This document shows positions 58,195-64,000 of a stretch of 64,000 nt of DNA, piece by piece. The number at the start of each line of letters is the position of its first letter. The stretch's first letter is position 1. A model generated the notes under the pieces. The model was not told the origin of the DNA, did not search any database, and worked only from the letters and a program-made list of their open reading frames with translations. Source of the stretch: a candidate division FCPU426 bacterium (lineage in GTDB: Bacteria > Oederibacteriota > Muellerivitia > Muellerivitales > Muellerivitaceae); the NCBI GenBank assembly GCA_963847625.1, contig CAWKAR010000039.1, positions 45,244 to 109,243 on the forward strand, written 5' to 3'. Made by a program: the position numbers and the translations under genes.

Positions 58195-59200
58195 AGATAA
58201 AACCAAATTGGCGCCATTGAACCCGAAGGTTCGACATGCTGATTCCTTGGGCCAAGTGGTCCGACTCATCAAAATACACAAAACCTTTTTAATTACCACA
58301 CACCTCAATCCCGACGGGGACGGATTGGGTTCCGAGTCGGCTCTCTTTCAGGCATTGAAGAAAATGAGAAAGAAAGTCATGGTTGTCAACCACGACCCCC
58401 TTCCTGGACGGTTTGAGTATCTCGTCTTCCAAAAGCATTATCGGACCGCGGACACCCTTCCCCCCCTTGAGGTTTGCTTCACCTTGGACGCTAGTGATTT
58501 ATCGAGAATCCGTAATGGGATCAAGCGGGAAGATTTCGGAATTATCGTCAACATCGACCACCATTATTTCAACGGTTATTTCGGGGATTATAACCTGGTT
58601 TTTCCCGGAGCTTCGGCTACAGGTGAGATCGTATACCGATTGATCCGAGCTTTGAATATTAAAATCGATCGGGGCATCGCAGAAAGTATCTATACTTCTA
58701 TCTCCACCGATACGGGAGGGTTCCGATATTCCAACACCAGTCCCCAAATTTTGCGGTTAGCCGCGGAGTTAGTGGAGGCGGGCGCCAAGCCGCAAAAAAT
58801 CAATGACAGGATTTTCGCCGATTACAGCCGAGAGGCGCTGGAACTCATCCGTTTGTCCCTGGGGAATGTTCAAACTCACATGGGCGGGCGGCTCGCTTCC
58901 ATGACTTTGTCCAAAGAAGAGTTGAAAAAAACGGGCGCGTCCAAGGACGACACGGAAAACTTGATCAATTTTCTCCGAATTCTCCAAGACGTGAAGGTTG
59001 CTTTTTTCCTCCATGAACTCCAGGATGGTCGAATTAAATTATCCCTTCGGTCCGGCGCGGGCGTGAATGTGGCCGTCATCGCCAAGGCATTCGGCGGGGG
59101 TGGCCACAGCTATGCGGCCGGGGCGCTTATATCTGGGCCAATGGAAAAGGCTTTTCGGCGGGTTTTCGGGGCATGCCGGTCGGCCTTGAAGCCAAGCTGA
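58184..59200 (+). CDS. nrnA: DHH/DHHA1-family bifunctional oligoribonuclease / pAp phosphatase NrnA-like
   Basis: ITTHLNPDGDGLGSESAL (DHH motifs) and C-terminal GGGH (DHHA1); 338 aa. Confidence 0.78.
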   Translation: MNHKDKTKLAPLNPKVRHADSLGQVVRLIKIHKTFLITTHLNPDGDGLGSESALFQALKKMRKKVMVVNHDPLPGRFEYLVFQKHYRTADTLPPLEVCFTLDASDLSRIRNGIKREDFGIIVNIDHHYFNGYFGDYNLVFPGASATGEIVYRLIRALNIKIDRGIAESIYTSISTDTGGFRYSNTSPQILRLAAELVEAGAKPQKINDRIFADYSREALELIRLSLGNVQTHMGGRLASMTLSKEELKKTGASKDDTENLINFLRILQDVKVAFFLHELQDGRIKLSLRSGAGVNVAVIAKAFGGGGHSYAAGALISGPMEKAFRRVFGACRSALKPS

Positions 59201-59220
59201 TTCGGGACAATCGCCGAAAC

Positions 59221-60102
59221 ATGAACGGTATCTTAAACCTGAACAAGCCTGCCTCACACACTTCGCATGATGTGGTAGCGCTCACACGCGGGATAATAAA
59301 AGAACGTCGTATCGGGCATTTGGGGACCTTGGATCCTATGGCAACCGGAGTTCTTCCCTTGGCCATCGGCATTGCCACCCGGCTCATTGAGTTCACCTCT
59401 TTTACCAAGGAATACGTGGCGACGTGCCTTTTGGGCCGAACCACCGACAGCTGCGACGTGACTGGGAAAATCCTGCAGGAAAAGCCGACAGAATTCCTTT
59501 CGGAAATTAACGTGAGGGAAGAAACGGGCCGCCTGCGATCAGTTACCCAACAAGTTCCCCCCATGGTATCCGCGGTAAAAAAAGGCGGCCAAAAGTTATA
59601 CGAATTAGCCCGCAAGGGGATCAAGGTGGAACGGGAAGCCCGGCCGGTTCAAATTAATGATGTGGAAGTTCTCCAAATCAAAATTCCACGGGTTACTTTT
59701 CGAATTTCTTGTTCTGCGGGAACCTACGTGCGGGTGCTTTGCCTCAGCCTCGGAGAAACGTTGGGTGTGGGAGGGTGCTTGGAAAGTCTTGAACGAACCC
59801 GGGTCGGGCCTTTGTCCCTCCGGGATGCCCTAAACCTTGACGAGATTAAACAAAAAGCGAGAAATAATACTTTATCAGATGTATTGTCCCCGCCTAGTTT
59901 GTTGGTCCAACACCTGCCGGAATTCATCCTGGAGGGGAAAGACCTTTCCGACTTCTGCCGCGGAAGGGAGCTTTCTTTTTCATGCCTACCAGGTTTCTAT
60001 AGGATATTGAACCGGCATGGATTGCTTTGCGCCATCGGAGTGGTCCGGAACGATGAGCGATTAAAACCAAAAAAAGTTTTCGGCGAGGAAGGAATCCTTT
60101 GA
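59221..60102 (+). CDS. truB: tRNA pseudouridine(55) synthase
   Basis: GILNLNKPASHTSHDVV...GHLGTLDPMATGVLPLAIG catalytic Asp motif; PUA-like C-terminus. Confidence 0.9.
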   Translation: MNGILNLNKPASHTSHDVVALTRGIIKERRIGHLGTLDPMATGVLPLAIGIATRLIEFTSFTKEYVATCLLGRTTDSCDVTGKILQEKPTEFLSEINVREETGRLRSVTQQVPPMVSAVKKGGQKLYELARKGIKVEREARPVQINDVEVLQIKIPRVTFRISCSAGTYVRVLCLSLGETLGVGGCLESLERTRVGPLSLRDALNLDEIKQKARNNTLSDVLSPPSLLVQHLPEFILEGKDLSDFCRGRELSFSCLPGFYRILNRHGLLCAIGVVRNDERLKPKKVFGEEGIL

Positions 60103-61001
60103 AACGACGTCCATCCATCGTAGCTACCATTGGCGTTTTTGACGGAGTACATCTCGGACACCAAGCCCTCATCCGCGAGACGGTCAAAATGGCCCGGCGG
60201 CTTCATGCGAAGCCCGTGGTCTTTACCTTCAGGGATCATCCCTTACATGCTTTGCGAGGCGGGCCCCGGATTCCATTCCTGCTTCCCAGGGAGGAAACAT
60301 TCCGCCTCTTGAAAAAGTCAGGTTTGGGGGAAGTCCATATCCTTTCCTTCACCCTGGCTTTTTCTCACCAGAACCCGGAACAGTTTATCCAATGGCTTAA
60401 AAAAACCTGGTGTTTGAAAGGAATCGTGGTGGGGAAGAACTTCAGGTTTGGGCGCAACGCCCGGGGCGACGCAAAACTGCTGAAATGCCTTGGAAAGGAA
60501 GTCGGCTTTGAGGTGAAAGTGTTAAAGGCTGTTCGAGTCCGAGGACAGGTCGTTTCCTCAAGTCGCATTCGACGGCTTTTGGCTGAGGGAAAAACCGGAT
60601 TAGCCAATCGGATGTTGGGTAGGGCCTATACCGTTTCTGGAGAGGTTGTGCATGGCAAACACGTAGGTCATAAGATAGGGTTTCCCACGGCCAACTTAAG
60701 CTACATTTGTGAATTTCTTCCCAGAGATGGAGTATATGCCTGCAGGGTTGAACTAGGCGGAAAGTCTTTCAGGGCAGGAATGAACCTTGGAAAGCGGCCG
60801 ACCTTTAAAGATGATGATCACCATCGTCAGGCTGAGGTTCATATACTTCATTACGGGGGTAAACTATACGGAAGAAAAATGAAGATTTTTCTTCTGGAGT
60901 ATCTTCGCCCTGAAATCAAGTTCAAATCATCCGCTCTTTTAGCCCGTCAGATCCAAAGGGATTTAGTAAGGGTCAAAAAAACCCTTCTCCTCCCGTTGTA
61001 A
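60099..61001 (+). CDS. ribF: Bifunctional riboflavin kinase / FAD synthetase
   Basis: TTG start overlapping the truB stop. GVFDGVHLGHQALI nucleotidyltransferase motif; C-terminal riboflavin kinase (PTANL, GxY.R..E). Confidence 0.88.
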   Translation: MKRRPSIVATIGVFDGVHLGHQALIRETVKMARRLHAKPVVFTFRDHPLHALRGGPRIPFLLPREETFRLLKKSGLGEVHILSFTLAFSHQNPEQFIQWLKKTWCLKGIVVGKNFRFGRNARGDAKLLKCLGKEVGFEVKVLKAVRVRGQVVSSSRIRRLLAEGKTGLANRMLGRAYTVSGEVVHGKHVGHKIGFPTANLSYICEFLPRDGVYACRVELGGKSFRAGMNLGKRPTFKDDDHHRQAEVHILHYGGKLYGRKMKIFLLEYLRPEIKFKSSALLARQIQRDLVRVKKTLLLPL

Positions 61002-61229
61002 GTCGTATAAAAGCCCAGGGGAATCAATCTCCCACGTGAGTCATATGCCTTTACACCCCGGGGCAAAGCCCCTAGAATACTGCCCTTGCGCCTAAGGTTT
61101 TGAGCGCGGGTCCGAACTCCAGAAGCCGGGGGTGGGCGGGTTTTGATCCCTTTCTCGGCGTCCGTTCACTCAAACGGCCGCTTGGATGAGGGGGAACCTA
61201 GTAAAAATTATTTTGAGGAGTACCATGCC
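61002..61229 (+). promoter_or_regulatory. Long (~230 nt) GC-rich structured 5' leader of rpsO; candidate S15 autoregulatory element
   Basis: Several stable local hairpins (ggggcaaagcccc; gcgcc...gagcgc; ccgttcactcaaacgg) lie immediately upstream of the GAGGAG RBS of rpsO. Confidence 0.35.
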
Positions 61230-61496
61230 ATGATGACGAAGGAAAAGAAAACACAGCTTATCCAGGATTTCAAGCTAAAGGAAGGGGACACGGGTTCCCC
61301 GGATGTCCAGATCGCGCTCGTCACTGAGCGCATCAAGTATTTAAACGAGCATTTCAAATCCCATCCCAAGGATCACGCTTCTCGCCGGGGCCTTTTGAAA
61401 CTCGTCGGCCAACGGCGCCGTCTTTTAGACTACCTAAAAAAATGCGACGTGAAGCGTTATGCCGCCCTCTTGGATCGCTTGGGCCTGCGCAAATAA
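61230..61496 (+). CDS. rpsO: 30S ribosomal protein S15
   Basis: [68 protein letters not shown]; 88 aa. GAGGAG RBS 8 nt upstream. Confidence 0.93.
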   Translation: MMTKEKKTQLIQDFKLKEGDTGSPDVQIALVTERIKYLNEHFKSHPKDHASRRGLLKLVGQRRRLLDYLKKCDVKRYAALLDRLGLRK

Positions 61497-61533
61497 TCCT
61501 AAATCAACTATAACTTATAGAGGAGGAATTAAC

Positions 61534-63642
61534 ATGGAACGTGTGAGTTGCACACTCGCGAATTCGACGTTGTCGTTTGAAACCGGCCGCATGGCTAAAC
61601 AGGCGGATGGGGCCGTCTTGGCCCAGTTTGGGGAAACGGTAGTATTAGTCGCTGTGGTAGGAGCCAAAGAGCCCATGCCTGGAAAGGATTTCTTTCCACT
61701 CACGGTTGAATACCGGGAAAAAACATCCGCCGCCGGCCGCATTCCCGGAGGCTGGTTCAAGAGGGAAGGAAGACCCCGCACGAAAGAAACCCTGACTTCC
61801 CGATTGATCGATCGCCCGATTCGGCCCCTTTTCCCGGACGGTTATTTCAACGAGATCCAGTTGATGGCGACCGTTATTTCCTCCGACCAAGAAAATGACT
61901 CCGACGTCTTGGCTGTTTCCGCCGCCTCGGCAGCCTTGGCGATTTCCGACATCCCCGTGGCCAATATGTTCGGGTGTGTGCGTGTGGGCCGGGTGAACGG
62001 CGACTTGATCGTCAACCCTACATTCAAACAGATGGAAATCAGCACTCTGGACCTGGTGGTGGCCGCCAGCCGAAAGGCGGTCATCATGGTTGAGGGTAGC
62101 GCTCATGAGGAATCGGAATCCGTGATCTTGGAGGCCGTCAAACAGGCCCACCAGGCGTGCCAGAAAATCATCGAACTTCAAGAGCAGCTGGTTAAAAAGA
62201 TCGGCAAGCCAAAGCGTGCCTTGACGCTCGTGAAGCCCGACGAGTCCCTCGTTGCCGACGTGAAAGCCTTCGCCCTTCCAAGAATGAAAGTTGCCATGGG
62301 TGAAAAAGACAAACTATCCCGCCAGGAAAAAGTCGCCCAGGTGGGAAAAGACGCTTGTGAGGCCCTGAAGGGAAAATATCCCGAGAAAGACAAGGACATA
62401 CTGGGTATCTTGCATTCCATCGAATCCGACATGGTGCGAGAGGCCATTTTGGACCAGCATGAACGGCAGGATGGAAGAAAGTTCGACGAATTTAGGCCCA
62501 TTACATGTGAAGTGGGAGTGTTACCCAGAACCCACGGCTCGGCGCTTTTTACACGTGGGCAAACCCAGGCTTTGGTCGTCACAACCCTGGGTACCAAAGA
62601 CGACCAGCAAATTTTGGAGGAACTGGAAGGAGAGCAGAAGAAGCATTTCATGCTCCATTATAATTTCCCTCCTTATTCAGTGGGCGAGATCAAGAGATTA
62701 TCCGGACCCGGCCGCCGGGAAATAGGCCATGGCGCCTTGGCTGAAAGAGCCTTGGAGTCCCTTCTGCCCGTCCGCGACCAGTTTCCCTACACTATCCAAG
62801 TAAACTCGGACATCCTGGAATCCAACGGCTCCTCCTCCATGGCTTCCGTGTGCGGCGCTTCCCTGTCCTTGATGGACGCGGGAGTACCCATCAAGAGCGC
62901 TTGCGCGGGTGTGGCCCTCGGGTTGATTTCTAGCGAAGACATGTCCAAGTACGCCATCCTGACTGATATCCAAGGTCTAGAAGATCATTTTGGGGACATG
63001 GATTTTAAAGTGGCGGGAACCCGCAAGGGAATCACGGCCATTCAAATGGACATCAAAATTTTGGGTTTGTCTTTTGAAATTATCGAGAAAGGATTAGCTC
63101 AGGCCAAGCAAGGGCGCCTGACGATCCTGGACTTGATGGATCAAAGCCTAAAAACACCTCGGGAGAAATTATCCCCATACGCCCCACGAATCGTCACTAT
63201 CAAGGTGCCCGTGGACAGGATCCGTGAGATCATCGGTAAGGGTGGATCAACCATCAAGAAAATCCAGGATGACTTCCATGTGGAAGTAAGCGTGGAAGAC
63301 GATGGCTCGGTTCATATCTCCTCGGCGAACGGCAAGGATATCGAGGACGCCCAAAAGTTCATCGGAAACCTCATGGCAGAGGCTGAGGAAGGGAAGATTT
63401 ATTTGGGAACCGTAAAAAAAATCATGGATTTCGGCGCTTTTGTTGAAATCATTCCTGGAACCGACGGACTCGTGCATATTTCCCAACTGGACCGGAAGCG
63501 CGTGGAGCGCGTGGAAGATGTTCTCAAGGAGGGCGACGAGTTGCTTGTAAAATGCATCGGGATTGATCCTAAAACGAAGAAAATAAAGCTTTCTCGAAAG
63601 GACGCCCTCGACTTGAAAATCGAGGATTACAGAAACAAGTAA
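61534..63642 (+). CDS. pnp: Polynucleotide phosphorylase
   Basis: AGGAGG RBS. Two RNase PH domains, KH (IKVPVDRIREIIGKGGSTIKKI) and S1 (GKIYLGTVKKIMDFGAFVEI). About 702 aa from ATG 61534. Confidence 0.93.
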   Translation: MERVSCTLANSTLSFETGRMAKQADGAVLAQFGETVVLVAVVGAKEPMPGKDFFPLTVEYREKTSAAGRIPGGWFKREGRPRTKETLTSRLIDRPIRPLFPDGYFNEIQLMATVISSDQENDSDVLAVSAASAALAISDIPVANMFGCVRVGRVNGDLIVNPTFKQMEISTLDLVVAASRKAVIMVEGSAHEESESVILEAVKQAHQACQKIIELQEQLVKKIGKPKRALTLVKPDESLVADVKAFALPRMKVAMGEKDKLSRQEKVAQVGKDACEALKGKYPEKDKDILGILHSIESDMVREAILDQHERQDGRKFDEFRPITCEVGVLPRTHGSALFTRGQTQALVVTTLGTKDDQQILEELEGEQKKHFMLHYNFPPYSVGEIKRLSGPGRREIGHGALAERALESLLPVRDQFPYTIQVNSDILESNGSSSMASVCGASLSLMDAGVPIKSACAGVALGLISSEDMSKYAILTDIQGLEDHFGDMDFKVAGTRKGITAIQMDIKILGLSFEIIEKGLAQAKQGRLTILDLMDQSLKTPREKLSPYAPRIVTIKVPVDRIREIIGKGGSTIKKIQDDFHVEVSVEDDGSVHISSANGKDIEDAQKFIGNLMAEAEEGKIYLGTVKKIMDFGAFVEIIPGTDGLVHISQLDRKRVERVEDVLKEGDELLVKCIGIDPKTKKIKLSRKDALDLKIEDYRNK

Positions 63643-63658
63643 TTTCAACTTTTAACTA

Positions 63659-63692
63659 GGCTCCGGGAGTGGTTCCCGGAGCTTTTTTTTTG
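63659..63692 (+). terminator. Rho-independent terminator after pnp
   Basis: ctccgggagtggttcccggag hairpin followed by ctttttttttg. Confidence 0.7.
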
Positions 63693-63862
63693 CCTTTTTG
63701 AAAATAAATCCACTGAATCTTAAGGAGTGAAGCTTTTTTAGACTGTAATTTTTAACTTTGGGGTTTGACTATGGGTGTAAAATAAATTTACACTTGATCA
63801 TTAACTTTTTACTATAAGTTAATTTTTTTAGGCACTGATAGGGGTTCAAGTTGAAAAAAACC

Positions 63863-64000
63863 ATGTTAAAAAAAGAAGATTGGGGGGGGTTAACCATCGT
63901 GGCCCTCTTGGCGGCTTACGTTTTTCCGCCTTATTTCGTCTATCTCATGACAATGGCGGCCTTGACCGAATTCGCCCACCTCTGGACCACCCGTCTTTCC
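63863..64000 (+). CDS. Start of a hypothetical membrane protein (3'-truncated by the window edge)
   Basis: MLKKEDWGGLTIVALLAAYVFPPYFVYLMTMAALTEFAHLW... is open to the end of the window. Function unknown. Confidence 0.25.
   Translation, partial: MLKKEDWGGLTIVALLAAYVFPPYFVYLMTMAALTEFAHLWTTRLS

Noticed and set aside
1-64000. tRNA, rRNA, transposase/integrase, prophage or toxin-antitoxin genes
   Set aside because: No cloverleaf-like conserved tRNA features, rRNA-like stretches, DDE/tyrosine recombinase motifs or TA-like small gene pairs were recognisable by eye in any intergenic or coding region. Absence is by inspection only.

Overview
This 64 kb window looks like a housekeeping backbone with Firmicutes-like gene order from a diderm bacterium of about 55% GC. 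The backbone runs lepA-lepB-hemW-hrcA-grpE-dnaK, then dxr-rseP ... proS ... polC ... rimP-nusA-infB-DUF503-rbfA-nrnA-truB-ribF-rpsO-pnp, and is interrupted by several accessory insertions. The 5' quarter is clearly accessory. It holds the 3' ~4.7 kb of a giant glycine-repeat autotransporter, a 6-copy direct-repeat array with 20-21 bp spacing, a lone sorting-domain gene remnant, a LacI regulator, an AT-rich island carrying an acyltransferase-3 gene, and a very long ORF that fuses an RlmD/RumA rRNA methyltransferase to a membrane-anchored TIM-barrel-like (putative glycoside-hydrolase-like) domain. The most striking block is a translationally coupled operon at 15052-25507. It reads lipoprotein, then three tandem paralogous outer-membrane proteins (signal peptide, one SLH-like motif, Pro-rich linker, coiled coil, C-terminal beta-barrel ending in Phe; OmpM/Slp-like), then two more lipoproteins. 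Those lipoproteins and a fourth protein next to LacI share a CBM-like jelly-roll signature with a C-terminal FWVDD(I/V)EFF motif. I read this as a candidate undescribed glycan-capture and OM-import system in an SLH-tethered outer membrane. Other notable items are a PolC-type polymerase that precisely lacks the proofreading exonuclease insert, two tandem secreted paralogs with an HxSSHLGD motif in an LPS-related insertion, a secreted GH-A clan hydrolase with an inserted discoidin domain and a Por-secretion-tail-like C-terminus, and a long structured rpsO leader. No rRNA, tRNA, CRISPR array, transposase or integrase was recognised.
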